Shown here: positions 1-11,504 of the stretch, piece after piece
How the letters are laid out: each line of letters opens with the position of its first letter
Numbering within the stretch: position 1 is the stretch's first letter
Origin: an uncultured Verrucomicrobiota bacterium
Lineage (GTDB): Bacteria > Verrucomicrobiota > Verrucomicrobiia > Palsa-1439
Direction of reading: 5' to 3'
DNA: 60,018 bases
NCBI GenBank assembly: GCA_903825435.1
Contig: CAIKAP010000117.1
Span: 1-60,018, forward strand
Notes under the pieces: generated by a model
The model's database searches: none
What the model was told of the DNA's origin: nothing
What the model saw: only the letters and a program-made list of their open reading frames with translations
Program-made: the position numbers and the translations under genes

Positions 1-595
<595 letters not shown>

Positions 596-614
596 GCTCC
601 GCCGCTAGACACTC

Positions 615-650
615 AAAACCGGGCGTTCCGTACGGAACGCCCGGTTTTTT
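615..650. terminator. Bidirectional intrinsic terminator between convergent gap and response regulator
   Basis: Perfect 34-bp palindrome AAAACCGGGCGTTCCGT/ACGGAACGCCCGGTTTT with a T-run on each strand. Confidence 0.9.
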
Positions 651-665
651 AGTGTAACCTGAGGT

Positions 666-1049
666 TCAACTGCTGGTCTCGCCGAGCGCTTGACGGATCG
701 CCGCCAACAATTCCGCGTTGTCTGCCGGTTTGTGGAAGAAGGCGACAACGCCACGCTTGCGGGCCTCGTGGCGCAGGAACGGCGCCGGTTGAGCCGTCAG
801 GATGATGACCGGGGTTTGCCGCAACGCGTCATACGTGCGGAAACAATCGAGCAACATGATGCCGTTGCCGATCGTCAGGCCGATGTCCAGAAGTATCAGG
901 TCCGGTGGCGGCTGAGTCTCAACCACCTTCAGCGCGACGTTGACGTCCGGCGCTTCAATCACCTCGTAGCCGCTCGCCTCCAGCCGCACGCGCATCGCCA
1001 GCAGGAAATCGCGGTCGTCGTCCACCATTAAGATTCTATGTTTGGGCAT
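666..1049 (-). CDS. Single-domain response regulator (REC)
   Basis: MPKHRILMVDDD...PDLILLDIGL...VIILTA...FFHKP; overlaps the end of the kinase gene. Confidence 0.92.
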   Translation of the reverse strand: MPKHRILMVDDDRDFLLAMRVRLEASGYEVIEAPDVNVALKVVETQPPPDLILLDIGLTIGNGIMLLDCFRTYDALRQTPVIILTAQPAPFLRHEARKRGVVAFFHKPADNAELLAAIRQALGETSS

Positions 1050-2823
1050 GATTGGTCTCCGTTGGTTGAATGGGCAACGTGAAATGAACGGTCGTGCCCT
1101 GACCGGGGGCGCTTTCCAGCCAGATGCGTCCGCCGTGAAGCGCCACCAGTTCCTTGCAGATGTGCAGGCCGAGTCCGAGGCCTTTGCGACTCGTGGGATT
1201 GCTTCCTTCCACTTGGTAAAGCCGCTCAAACACCTTCGATTGTTGTTCCGCGGCAATCCCGATCCCTGTGTCGGCGACGGACACGCGCACGAAACCTGTC
1301 TCCGCCAACGCCGCCCGCACCGTGATCCGTCCGCGCGCCGGCGTGAACTTGAGCGCGTTGTCAATCAGGTTGCCGAGAATCTGCCGCACCCGTCGCGAAT
1401 CGGCCCAGACCGGCGGCACGCCGGGCGCGGTCTCCGTTTGCAGTGTCAGTTGGTGCACCTTGGCCGCGTGCGCAAACGACTTGATGACTTCGGAGACCAA
1501 CGCCTCCAGCGCGATCCATTCCGGCTCGATGGCCAGCTTGCCGGTCTCCGAGCGGACGGCCTCCAGCAGGTCGTTGATCATGGCCTGCAAATGCGACACA
1601 TTCGCCAGAATGATTTCCATGTAGTGTTTTTGGTCAGGCGTCGTCGGCCCGGCCAGTCCGTCGGTCAGGATCGTCGCAAATTGGTGGATGACCGCCATCG
1701 GCGTGCGCAACTCGTGCGAGACGTGCGACAACAACTCGTCCTTCATCTGGACTTCCAACCGGTGGCTTTCATCGCGCTCGCGGAGCACCTGCTCCATCTG
1801 CTGCCGCTCGCGTTCCGCCTCGTACGCCAGCCGATACTTCTGCGCCCGCTGCCAGAACATCGCTCCCAAGGCGAACATCATCGCCACCAGCAACGCCATC
1901 AACGCCAGCATCATCACCGACTGCGACCGCAACGTGGCAAACGCCTCCGCCTTGTCCATCTTGGCCACCATGAACCACGGCGAATCCGGAATCCGCCCTA
2001 AGTAAGACACGACCGGTACACCACGGTAATCGATTCCCTCAAACAAACCTCCCCGGCCAAGGACGGCCATGACAGAGGGGACATTCGTACGGGTGATGGG
2101 CATCTTAAATGAGAGCGCGGTGCCCTTACGATGGCGCAGTTCGTTCAAAAACACCACCTGGTCGCCCTGCCGCTCGACCAACAACGTCTCCGCCGACCGG
2201 CTCGCGGTAGGCCACGACTGGATGACCGGAAACAGGAAGTCGTCCGCATCAATCACCAGCACCAGCGTGCCCAGAAGTTTCTCCGCGCCGTTTTCCGCGA
2301 TCCGGATCGGGGCCACGACCGCCGTGTGCAGAATTGCATCCTCATGGTGGTGGTAAATGCCGGTCAGCACGGGTTTGCCATCCGCCATCGCCACCTTCAA
2401 TGACTTGGCTTCCTCTTCCACCAACGGATTCAGCTCCCCGCTCAGACTTAATCGTTTCCGACCCTCGACATCCACCAGCACGATATCCTCATAGTGGCAG
2501 CTTTGCCGCAGCCCCTTGAACCGCGCGAGCAACTCCGCCGTAACCTCCGGCGACGGCGCTCGCAACCACCGCTCCACCTGCGCCGTAAAAAATGTATCCT
2601 CGACAACTCCCTCTGCATCGCCCAGCCGTTCCACGCGCCACGCAGCAATCTGGTTCATCTTCGACTTGGCGACTGCCGCGAGTTCATCCTCCGCCGCTCG
2701 TCGCAGATGTAGCATCTGGACCCAGTAGAACCAGCCCCCACTGGCCAACATCGTCAGCGTCAGCAACACCAACACCAATAAATATGTTCGCCCCGCCGGT
2801 GACTTGTGTAAGTTGAGTGTCAT
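1036..2823 (-). CDS. Membrane sensor histidine kinase (two TM helices, Cache-like extracytoplasmic domain, HisKA, HATPase)
   Basis: SHELRTP H-box, NLIDNALKFT N-box, DTGIGI and GLGLGL G-boxes; ATG at 2823 preceded by GAGG. Confidence 0.93.
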   Translation of the reverse strand: MTLNLHKSPAGRTYLLVLVLLTLTMLASGGWFYWVQMLHLRRAAEDELAAVAKSKMNQIAAWRVERLGDAEGVVEDTFFTAQVERWLRAPSPEVTAELLARFKGLRQSCHYEDIVLVDVEGRKRLSLSGELNPLVEEEAKSLKVAMADGKPVLTGIYHHHEDAILHTAVVAPIRIAENGAEKLLGTLVLVIDADDFLFPVIQSWPTASRSAETLLVERQGDQVVFLNELRHRKGTALSFKMPITRTNVPSVMAVLGRGGLFEGIDYRGVPVVSYLGRIPDSPWFMVAKMDKAEAFATLRSQSVMMLALMALLVAMMFALGAMFWQRAQKYRLAYEAERERQQMEQVLRERDESHRLEVQMKDELLSHVSHELRTPMAVIHQFATILTDGLAGPTTPDQKHYMEIILANVSHLQAMINDLLEAVRSETGKLAIEPEWIALEALVSEVIKSFAHAAKVHQLTLQTETAPGVPPVWADSRRVRQILGNLIDNALKFTPARGRITVRAALAETGFVRVSVADTGIGIAAEQQSKVFERLYQVEGSNPTSRKGLGLGLHICKELVALHGGRIWLESAPGQGTTVHFTLPIQPTETNHAQT

Positions 2824-2899
2824 TGCCAACCTCAGGCACTCCTACAAGACGACTTACCGTCCGTCAACTGCAATATCCCGCCCCGCAACTGCACAGGCA

Positions 2900-3195
2900 A
2901 TTCACCTCGAAAGTCGTGGACTACGGCTACGGCGGGCTGGCCAGTGAAGGCGACGCATCGTGGGCATGTTTGGACCTGGGACTTCATCGCCGATGCCACG
3001 GCACGAGGTAGTGCCTTAAAGATGCTGACGATTCTGGATGAATACGCTCGTGAATGCCATGTGCTACGGGCGGATCGGGCGTTGCGAGCCGAGGATGTGC
3101 TGACATGGTTGCAGAAGGCCATCGAAGAGCACGGCACGCCAGAACACCTTCGCTCCGACAATGGTCCCAAGTTCATTGCCGATGCGGTTCATGAT
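2900..3195 (+). pseudogene. IS3-family transposase (integrase core) fragment
   Basis: HVWTWDFIADAT...LTILDEYAREC...PEHLRSDNGPKFIA, the first two DDE aspartate motifs; both ends truncated, boundaries approximate. Confidence 0.88.
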
Positions 3196-3219
3196 GAAAT
3201 CCGCCAGTCGTGCTCAAAG

Positions 3220-4191
3220 TCAACTGCATGTTCCATGCGCCTTCCCGATCAGCTCGCGCACGGTCGTCTTGTTGTCGTCCAGATATTTTTCCAAACCCTT
3301 TTTCATCTCGACAAACACATCCGGATACACGAACCACGCGGTACCGACTTGCACGGCGCTCGCACCGGCAAGGAGATACTCCACAACGTCCTCCCATGTC
3401 GAGATGCCGCCGATGCCGATGATCGGCACCTTCCGTCTCCGACATTCCGGAATCTTGGCGAAACAATCCCAGACCATGCACAGGCCGATGGGCTTGATGG
3501 CCGGGCCGGACAGGCCGGCAGAGACGTTGGCGAAGTAAGGTTCTTGGGTATGGATGTTGATGGCGACGCCACGCACCGTGTTGATCATCGAAAGCGCGTC
3601 GGTACCCGCCGCAATTGCCGCTTTTGCCGGCACGGTGATGTCGGTGATGTTCGGCGTGAGCTTGGTAACAATTAACACGTCGCGACCACGCGGCACAGCA
3701 GCTTTGACACCTCTGACAACACGTTCAACAACTTTCGGGTCCACGCCGAAGGCGACACCGCCTTCCTTGATGTTCGGGCAGGAAACATTGATTTCGAGTC
3801 CGGTAATTTGTCCGCCATCGTTCGCGAGCAAATGCGCCGCGAGTTTCGCGTAATCCTCCACCGAGTTGGCGGAAATATTGACGATCACCGGCAGTTCGTA
3901 CTGCCACAGCTTTGGCAAATCCTCGCGCAAGAAGCGATCGGCGCCCTTGTTCTGGAGGCCTATTGAGTTGAGCAGCCCGGCGCGCGTCTCGATCACGCGC
4001 GGCTCCGGATTGCCCCGGCGCGGTTCGAGCGTGACGCCTTTGGTGACAAATGCGCCGAGTGCCTGCGCCGTCGCTTTGCTCTCCCGCAACCCCGCAAGTT
4101 CGTCTGCGCTACCGGAGGTGCCGGAGGCGGTCAGGAGCGGGGTGCGCAGGTGCAGGTTGCCGATGGTTGTTTCGAGTCGTCGTTCTTCCAT
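3220..4191 (-). CDS. pyrD: Dihydroorotate dehydrogenase family 1B, catalytic subunit
   Basis: TASGT, TKGVTLEPRRGN, LNSIGLQN, EINVSCPN, KLTPN, GLSGPAIKP, GIGGI motifs. Confidence 0.95.
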   Translation of the reverse strand: MEERRLETTIGNLHLRTPLLTASGTSGSADELAGLRESKATAQALGAFVTKGVTLEPRRGNPEPRVIETRAGLLNSIGLQNKGADRFLREDLPKLWQYELPVIVNISANSVEDYAKLAAHLLANDGGQITGLEINVSCPNIKEGGVAFGVDPKVVERVVRGVKAAVPRGRDVLIVTKLTPNITDITVPAKAAIAAGTDALSMINTVRGVAINIHTQEPYFANVSAGLSGPAIKPIGLCMVWDCFAKIPECRRRKVPIIGIGGISTWEDVVEYLLAGASAVQVGTAWFVYPDVFVEMKKGLEKYLDDNKTTVRELIGKAHGTCS

Positions 4192-5558
4192 AAAATATCC
4201 TTCGCATCAAACAGCGGGCCGTCGGTGCAGACCCGCGCATAATCGTCGGCGCCATCTGCCAGGCGCACTTTGCAGACGCACGAGAAACAGACGCCCATCC
4301 CGCAGCCCATCCGTTTCTCCAGCAACACGCGCAGCGGAATCCCGGCTTGCGCGGTAATCTCCACGACCAGCTCCATCATCCGATTCGGCCCGCAGGTAAA
4401 CGCGCACGTCTTTCCGGTGGACCGGTGGGTTTCACGCCGGTAGAGGTCCGTCACAAACCCGGCGAACAAATTCGCCGGCGGAATACCGCGCCCGATCCGC
4501 GCCGGCTTGCCGCTGTCGCAGGAAACATAAACATCTTCCGGTGGTACGCCAGCCGCGAGCAGGTCGTCGATATAAATGTAGGCATCGCGCGGTTGCTCAC
4601 CGAACGTCGCCGCCAATTCGTCCCGGTAACGCAGCGATTGGAGCGTGGCGATACCGAGAAACGCTTTCACGCGGAAGCCATAGTACCGGAGCGATTCGAC
4701 CAGCAGGATCAGCGGTGCCATCCCGACGCCACCACCGATGATGTGGACCTCCTCGACGCCTTCCGCTCGCAACCGGCGCACATCGAACGGCCGGCCGAGC
4801 GGGCCGAGCATGTTGACGGTCTGGCCGCGTTTCAATTTCGCGATCAATGGCGTGCCGACACCGTGTGGTAGCACTTTGTACAGCATGTCGAAGTGATCCG
4901 GCAGCACAGGATACAATGCCACCGCCAACGTCGGCGGCAGGCGCAACCGTTTCACGTAGTCGATGGGGAAATGTGGGTGAAAATCACGACAGATGCCGAA
5001 TGGGCGTTTCAACAACGGCTGCGGCGTCAGATCGATGGCGCCGCGCAACTGACCGCGCGGTACCGGGCGCACGCCGAATGGCACGCGCGCCGGTTTGGTG
5101 TCCATCATGATGAACTGCGGTGGTTGCATGTTCTGCAAGCTGGGAGCCTTGAAGGCCAGCCGGTAGTGCGAGATTTGCGCGCCACCGACCGGCGTGTTCT
5201 CCAGAATCTCGGCCTTGAACGAGGTGATGCCGCCGCGCTTGTCCGATTTCACGGGAATCGTGCCGGCGGCGACGGCGCGGAGTTCTTCGAGCGACGCGAA
5301 CAGGGCGCGCGGGAATTTGTCGGCGTTGGCGCAGGACCGGAGGCGTTGCATGGCGGCGGTGGTCGGTGCGATCACGACACCGATGGTTTGGAACCGGTTC
5401 CGGTCAGCGCGCTGGATTCGGCGCAACGCTGCCGTCACGGCGCGTGTGGGCCGGCTGGTGAAAAAGAATTCGAGCCGCCGGCCGCGGTGGCGGGCGGTGG
5501 CGTCGCGCAACGTCCAGCCGTCGCGGTCGAGAAGGTTCTTGATCTGGATCGGCAACAC
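4131..5558 (-). CDS. pyrK: Dihydroorotate dehydrogenase electron-transfer subunit, unusually long (about 475 aa)
   Basis: RPFGI FAD motif, GPLGRPF, GGGVGMAP, CGP, and MGCGMGVCFSC...VCTDGPLF 2Fe-2S motif; adjacent to pyrD; GTG start supported by a promoter-like sequence. Confidence 0.85.
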   Translation of the reverse strand: MLPIQIKNLLDRDGWTLRDATARHRGRRLEFFFTSRPTRAVTAALRRIQRADRNRFQTIGVVIAPTTAAMQRLRSCANADKFPRALFASLEELRAVAAGTIPVKSDKRGGITSFKAEILENTPVGGAQISHYRLAFKAPSLQNMQPPQFIMMDTKPARVPFGVRPVPRGQLRGAIDLTPQPLLKRPFGICRDFHPHFPIDYVKRLRLPPTLAVALYPVLPDHFDMLYKVLPHGVGTPLIAKLKRGQTVNMLGPLGRPFDVRRLRAEGVEEVHIIGGGVGMAPLILLVESLRYYGFRVKAFLGIATLQSLRYRDELAATFGEQPRDAYIYIDDLLAAGVPPEDVYVSCDSGKPARIGRGIPPANLFAGFVTDLYRRETHRSTGKTCAFTCGPNRMMELVVEITAQAGIPLRVLLEKRMGCGMGVCFSCVCKVRLADGADDYARVCTDGPLFDAKDILWKNDDSKQPSATCTCAPRS

Positions 5559-5565
5559 GACGATT

Positions 5566-5608
5566 ATTCTAGCGTGATTTGGCAAACAACACAAGAGCCT
5601 GCTATATT
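5566..5608. promoter_or_regulatory. Overlapping divergent sigma70-like promoters for pyrK and the TPR gene
   Basis: Minus strand TTGTGT-N17-TAGAAT, 7 nt before GTG 5558; plus strand TTGGCA-N18-TATATT, 9 nt before ATG 5618. Confidence 0.55.
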
Positions 5609-5617
5609 GCACCGCAG

Positions 5618-6121
5618 ATGAATCCAGAAGTTCAAAAGCACGTGGAGTACGCGTCAGGCTACCTCGACTTGAAGATGCTCGAGGATGCGTTGCAGGAAAC
5701 TGACGCGGCGCTGGCATTGGAGCCGCACAATCCGCGCGCCATCGCGATGAAGTCGGCGATCCTCTGGCACGAGAACCGGCTGACGGAAGCGGAGCCCTTC
5801 ATCGCGGAGCTGGCGGAGTTGAACCCGCGCGACTCCGGCATCTGGATCAACCTCGCCTACATCCGCCGTCGTGTTCATTCGCTGGATGCGGCGGTGGAAA
5901 CGCTGCAACACGCATTCGACGCGAACCCGCGGAATGCCCTAGCCCATTTCAACATGGCCTGCTACCGCGCGGTGCAGAACCGGCCCGATGAGGCGTTGAC
6001 GTTGTTGGAGAACGCGCTGTCGCTGGACCCGAAGCTGCGCGACTTGGCGAAGGCGGAGCCGGATTTCCAGCCGTTACATGGCTTGACGGCGTTCCAGAAG
6101 CTGATCAGCGGCGAGGCCTGA
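5618..6121 (+). CDS. Tetratricopeptide-repeat protein
   Basis: Repeated TPR patterns (ALALEPHN, LNPRDSGIWINLA, AHFNMACY) and a LAKAEPDF tail. Confidence 0.88.
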   Translation: MNPEVQKHVEYASGYLDLKMLEDALQETDAALALEPHNPRAIAMKSAILWHENRLTEAEPFIAELAELNPRDSGIWINLAYIRRRVHSLDAAVETLQHAFDANPRNALAHFNMACYRAVQNRPDEALTLLENALSLDPKLRDLAKAEPDFQPLHGLTAFQKLISGEA

Positions 6122-6122
6122 G

Positions 6123-6377
6123 GCTCGTATTTGAACCGTCCATCGCCCATCTCGTCGCGATCGCTGTGGAATGAACGGAGGTTCACCACCGTCTTCACAC
6201 CCATTGCTTTGAGTTGGCGGAAGCCTTCGGAATCCGGCTGCGCGCCCCGCTAGGGCGTATCGCTGACCTTGTGGAAGTTCAGCAGGCCCGTTTTCTCGAT
6301 GCGGGTTACCCAAGGCGGGTTGTTTTCGTGGCGGCAACGCTGAGCGCCGCGATGGCGAGGATAAAGAGCGTCTTTAT
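6123..6377 (-). pseudogene. Decayed N-terminal fragment of a secreted protein-tyrosine/dual-specificity phosphatase-like gene
   Basis: IKTLFILAIAALSVAA signal-like peptide (ATA start), a frameshift, then LLNFHKVSDTP*RGAQPDSEGFRQLKAMGVKTVVNLRSFHSDRDE with an in-frame TAG; catalytic CX5R part missing. Confidence 0.7.
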
Positions 6378-6458
6378 GAAGGACTCTTACAACATCGGGC
6401 AGCGACAGCGAATCCAATTACCTTGACTGGGCGCTTCGCTTTTGACACGCTACTGCCT

Positions 6459-7169
6459 ATGAAGAATCCATTGATCGCCGTCACACTTGCCTTGACGTTT
6501 GCAATCGGTGTCCAGGCTGCCGAAACGAAAGGCAACACCGCCATTCATCCCGCCCCTCGCGATGCCAAGTGGGTCGCACGCCACGACGGCTTCGTCGCCA
6601 TCGCCAAGAAAGGCGGCGTCGAGCTGCTCTTCATCGGCGACTCCATCACCGATGGCTGGCGCGGCAGCGGCAAGGCGGTCTGGGAGAAAGATTTTACCCC
6701 GATCAAGGCCGCCAACTTCGGCATCGGCGGTGACCAGACCCAACACCTCCTCTGGCGTCTACAAAACGGCGAACTCGACGGCATCAAGCCGAAACTCGCC
6801 GTGCTAATGATCGGCACCAACAACCTCTACGGCAACAAGGATGGGGAAATCGTGGACGGCATCAAGGCCATCATAAAGGAACTGAAAACAAAGACACCAT
6901 CCACTAGACTTCTTTTACTCGGCATCTTTCCTCGCGGCGTGAAGGCCAACGACCCGTCACGCGTCCGCATCAAGCACATCAACTCCGCCATCGCCAAGCT
7001 CGACGATGGCGGCAAGACCATCAAGTACCTCGACATCGGCGACAAATTTCTCGAAGCCGACGGCACGCTGCCGAAAAGCATCATGCCCGACGCGCTCCAC
7101 CCGAACGCGCACGGCTACGAAATCGAAGCCGAAGCGATTCTGCCGGCCATCAAAGAGATGATGAAGTAA
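6459..7169 (+). CDS. Secreted SGNH/GDSL hydrolase (PAF-acetylhydrolase IB-like)
   Basis: Signal peptide, FIGDSIT, NFGIGGD, MIGTNN, DALHPN. Confidence 0.93.
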   Translation: MKNPLIAVTLALTFAIGVQAAETKGNTAIHPAPRDAKWVARHDGFVAIAKKGGVELLFIGDSITDGWRGSGKAVWEKDFTPIKAANFGIGGDQTQHLLWRLQNGELDGIKPKLAVLMIGTNNLYGNKDGEIVDGIKAIIKELKTKTPSTRLLLLGIFPRGVKANDPSRVRIKHINSAIAKLDDGGKTIKYLDIGDKFLEADGTLPKSIMPDALHPNAHGYEIEAEAILPAIKEMMK

Positions 7170-7175
7170 CCGCTG

Positions 7176-7194
7176 TGTTCCGGTTTTGTTCCGG
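7176..7194 (+). repeat. 19-bp direct-repeat motif, copy 1 (perfect), intergenic
   Basis: TGTTCCGGTTTTGTTCCGG between the convergent GDSL and carB-C genes. Confidence 0.9.
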
Positions 7195-7197
7195 CGG

Positions 7198-9003
7198 TCA
7201 ACGCCCTGCGCGGGCGTGATATTCCTGCAACGAGTGGACCTTCAGGCCGCGCTCGCGCAGCGTTTTGATGCCGAGCGCCGCCGCCTTCGCGCCGGCCAGC
7301 GTTGTCATGATCGAGATGCGATGTAGGACGGCGGCGGTGCGGATCTTCACTTCGTCCGAGCGCGGCGTCTTACCGGCAGGCGTGTTGATGATGAGTTGGA
7401 CTTCGCCGTTCTTGATCAGGTCGAGAACGTTTGGTCGGCCTTCCTGAACTTTGAAGAGTCGCTGGACGGTCAGCCCGGTCTTCTCCAACACTTCGGCGGT
7501 GCCGTCGGTCGCACAAATGGTGAAGCCGAGGTCGGCGATATCCTTCGCGATCTTCGCGGCGTGTGGCTTGTCGGAGTCGCGGACGCTGATGAAGACCTTG
7601 CCGCCGGTTGGCAACGCGGGCTGGGCGGCCATCTGCGATTTCGCGTACGCCATACCCCAATCGCGTCCGATGCCCATGACTTCGCCGGTCGAGCGCATTT
7701 CGGGGCCGAGCAGGATGTCCTGGCCGGGGAACTTGCTGAACGGGAAAACAGATTCCTTCGCGGAGAAATATTTCGGCCAGATTTCCTCGGTGAACCCAAG
7801 CTCGGTCAGCTTCTTGCCCGTCATCACCTTCGCCGCCAACTTCGCCAGCGGATGGCCGATGGCTTTACTGACGAACGGCACGGTGCGCGAAGCGCGCGGA
7901 TTAACTTCGAGCACCCAAACGTCCTTGCCCTTGACAGCGAACTGTACATTCATCAACCCGGCGACGCGCAGCTCGCACGCCATCTCGTGTGTGTACCGGC
8001 GCATCGTTTCGATCTGGCTCTTACCAAGCGAGTGCGGCGGCAACACCATTGCCGCGTCGCCGCTATGGCAACCGGCAAACTCGATATGTTCCAGGAAGCC
8101 GCCGATGACAATCGTCTCGCCGCCAACGCCGATATCGGCGATGCAATCCACGTCCACCTCGATGGCTTCCTCAAGGAACTTGTCCACGAGCACGGGCCGT
8201 TCCGGCGACGCCTCGACGGCGTGGCGCATGTAGTAACGGAGTTCCTCGTCGGAATAAACAATCTGCATCGCGCGTCCGCCGAGCACAAACGACGGGCGGA
8301 CAAGCACCGGGTAGCCGAGCCGCTTTGAGGCGATGAGCGCTTCTTCTTCGTTCGTCGCAAGGCCGTTCGGTGGCTGCGGGATGCCGAGCTTGTCGAGCAT
8401 CGCGGCGAAAAGTTTCCGGTCCTCGGCGATCTCGATGCTCTGCGGCGTGGTACCGATGATGTTGACGCCGTTCTTCTGGAGGCCGAGCGCGAGGTTCAGC
8501 GGCGTCTGGCCGCCGAATTGCGCGATGGCACCCCAGCAACCTTCCCGTTCGTAAATGTGGAGCACATCTTCGAGCGTGAGCGGTTCGAAATAAAGTTTGT
8601 CGGAAGTGTCGTAGTCGGTCGAGACGGTCTCGGGGTTGGAGTTGACCATGATGGTCTCGAAGCCGAGTTCCTTAAGGGCAAACGCCGCGTGGACGCAGCA
8701 GTAATCAAACTCGATGCCCTGGCCGATGCGGTTCGGGCCGCCGCCGAGGATCATGACTTTCTTCTTTTTGGTCTTGCGGACCTCGTCGTCGCCGGTGTCG
8801 TAGGTGGAATAATAATATGGTGTGTACGCCTCGAACTCGGCGGCACAGGTGTCCACGAGCCGGTAGCTCGGCACGAGGCCAAGCTCCTTGCGCAACGCGC
8901 GGACCTCGTCCTCGGTCGAGCCGACCAGTTGCGCGATCTGCCGGTCGGAGAACCCGAGGGACTTCGCTCTTGCCAACAATGATTTTGTTTTCTCGCTCGC
9001 CAT
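7198..9003 (-). CDS. carB: Carbamoyl-phosphate synthase large subunit, C-terminal part (split gene)
   Basis: AKSLGFSDRQIA, VDTCAAEFEAYTPYYYSTY, GGGPNRIGQGIEFDYCCVH, EVNPRASRTVPF, MGS domain. Confidence 0.95.
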   Translation of the reverse strand: MASEKTKSLLARAKSLGFSDRQIAQLVGSTEDEVRALRKELGLVPSYRLVDTCAAEFEAYTPYYYSTYDTGDDEVRKTKKKKVMILGGGPNRIGQGIEFDYCCVHAAFALKELGFETIMVNSNPETVSTDYDTSDKLYFEPLTLEDVLHIYEREGCWGAIAQFGGQTPLNLALGLQKNGVNIIGTTPQSIEIAEDRKLFAAMLDKLGIPQPPNGLATNEEEALIASKRLGYPVLVRPSFVLGGRAMQIVYSDEELRYYMRHAVEASPERPVLVDKFLEEAIEVDVDCIADIGVGGETIVIGGFLEHIEFAGCHSGDAAMVLPPHSLGKSQIETMRRYTHEMACELRVAGLMNVQFAVKGKDVWVLEVNPRASRTVPFVSKAIGHPLAKLAAKVMTGKKLTELGFTEEIWPKYFSAKESVFPFSKFPGQDILLGPEMRSTGEVMGIGRDWGMAYAKSQMAAQPALPTGGKVFISVRDSDKPHAAKIAKDIADLGFTICATDGTAEVLEKTGLTVQRLFKVQEGRPNVLDLIKNGEVQLIINTPAGKTPRSDEVKIRTAAVLHRISIMTTLAGAKAAALGIKTLRERGLKVHSLQEYHARAGR

Positions 9004-9011
9004 CGCGCGCG

Positions 9012-9040
9012 ACCTTAGCGGAAGCGCTGCGCTTTGACAA
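9012..9040 (-). promoter_or_regulatory. Putative sigma70 promoter of carB C-part (leaderless)
   Basis: TTGTCA-N17-TAAGGT, 8 nt upstream of ATG 9003, no Shine-Dalgarno. Confidence 0.6.
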
Positions 9041-9051
9041 GTAGCAGAACG

Positions 9052-9858
9052 CTATTTGATGACGATCTGCGCAAGGTCGGGCGGCGGCTTTGGCAGGCGC
9101 GGGTCCATTTCCTCCAGCGCCTCGACGATGATCTGCGAGACGGCGAGGTTGCGGAACCACTTCTTGTTGGCCGGGATGACGAACCACGGCGCCGTCTTCG
9201 TGCTGCACGCGCCCAGCGCGTCCTCGTAGGCCCGCTGGTACTCCTTCCAGCAACGACGTTCCGCCGCGTCGGCCGGCGTGATTTTCCAGTTCTTCGCCGG
9301 GTCGTCCACGCGCGACAGAAGGCGGCGACGCTGTTCGTCCTTGCTGATGTGCAGGAAGAATTTCAACACGCGCGTGCCGGTCGCGTTGAGGAACCCCTCG
9401 AATTGGTTGATCTGCTCGTAGCGCGCCGACCAGACACTCTTCGGCACGAGGTTATGGACGCGCACAACTAGCACGTCCTCGTAGTGCGAGCGGTTGAAGA
9501 GGCCAATCTCGCCGCGCGCCGGGACGGCCTTGTGGATGCGCCAGAGAAAATCGCGTCCACGCTCCTCCGCCGACGGCACTTTTAACGCCGTCACACGGCA
9601 ACTTTGCGGGTTCAAGCCGGTCATCACGTGACGAATGGTGCCGTCCTTGCCTGCGGCGTCCATGCCTTGCAACACGATCAGCAGCGAACGTTGTCCCTCG
9701 GCGTATAATCGGTATTCGAGTTCCGCCATCCGCGTGATGTTGCGCCCCAGTAACTCCTGCGCGTCGTCCTTCTTCAAGTCCGCCGTGTCATTCGCGTCCC
9801 AGTCTGCCAGTCGCACCTTGCTGCCTGGAGAAATGCAAAGCTTCTTAGTAAAGTTCAT
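9052..9858 (-). CDS. ppk2: Polyphosphate kinase 2 family protein (polyP:nucleotide phosphotransferase, class III-like)
   Basis: LQGMDAAGKDG Walker A, DFLWR, FNRSHYEDVLVVRV, KFFLHISKDEQ, APWFVIPANKKW. Confidence 0.93.
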   Translation of the reverse strand: MNFTKKLCISPGSKVRLADWDANDTADLKKDDAQELLGRNITRMAELEYRLYAEGQRSLLIVLQGMDAAGKDGTIRHVMTGLNPQSCRVTALKVPSAEERGRDFLWRIHKAVPARGEIGLFNRSHYEDVLVVRVHNLVPKSVWSARYEQINQFEGFLNATGTRVLKFFLHISKDEQRRRLLSRVDDPAKNWKITPADAAERRCWKEYQRAYEDALGACSTKTAPWFVIPANKKWFRNLAVSQIIVEALEEMDPRLPKPPPDLAQIVIK

Positions 9859-9902
9859 GTCGCATCCATAGCAAAATCGGCGTCGTCAAACAAGCCGCGC
9901 CC

Positions 9903-9921
9903 TGCTCCGTTTTTGTTCCGG
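9903..9921 (+). repeat. 19-bp direct-repeat motif, copy 2 (2 mismatches), intergenic
   Basis: TGCTCCGTTTTTGTTCCGG just past the carB-N stop codon. Confidence 0.75.
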
Positions 9922-9925
9922 CCGC

Positions 9926-11392
<1,467 letters not shown>

Positions 11393-11406
11393 GGTGTCGG
11401 GGACAG

Positions 11407-11435
11407 ACCTTATGACAGGGATTGCTTCCATTCAA
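11407..11435 (-). promoter_or_regulatory. Putative sigma70 promoter of carB N-part
   Basis: TTGAAT-N17-TAAGGT, 14 nt upstream of ATG 11392. Confidence 0.55.
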
Positions 11436-11504
11436 CCACGATTTTGGTATAAGCAGGCCGGAACAAATCACAACGTTCGGTGTCGGAAGCACGGAGATAA
11501 TGTC

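Noticed and set aside
2944-3675. 243-aa ORF as an intact transposase
   Set aside because: Only the first 80 or so residues are IS3-like; the rest is antisense to pyrD
11458-11467. CCGGAACAAA half-site upstream of carB-N and the macroglobulin gene
   Set aside because: Second 8-mer absent; not counted as a motif copy
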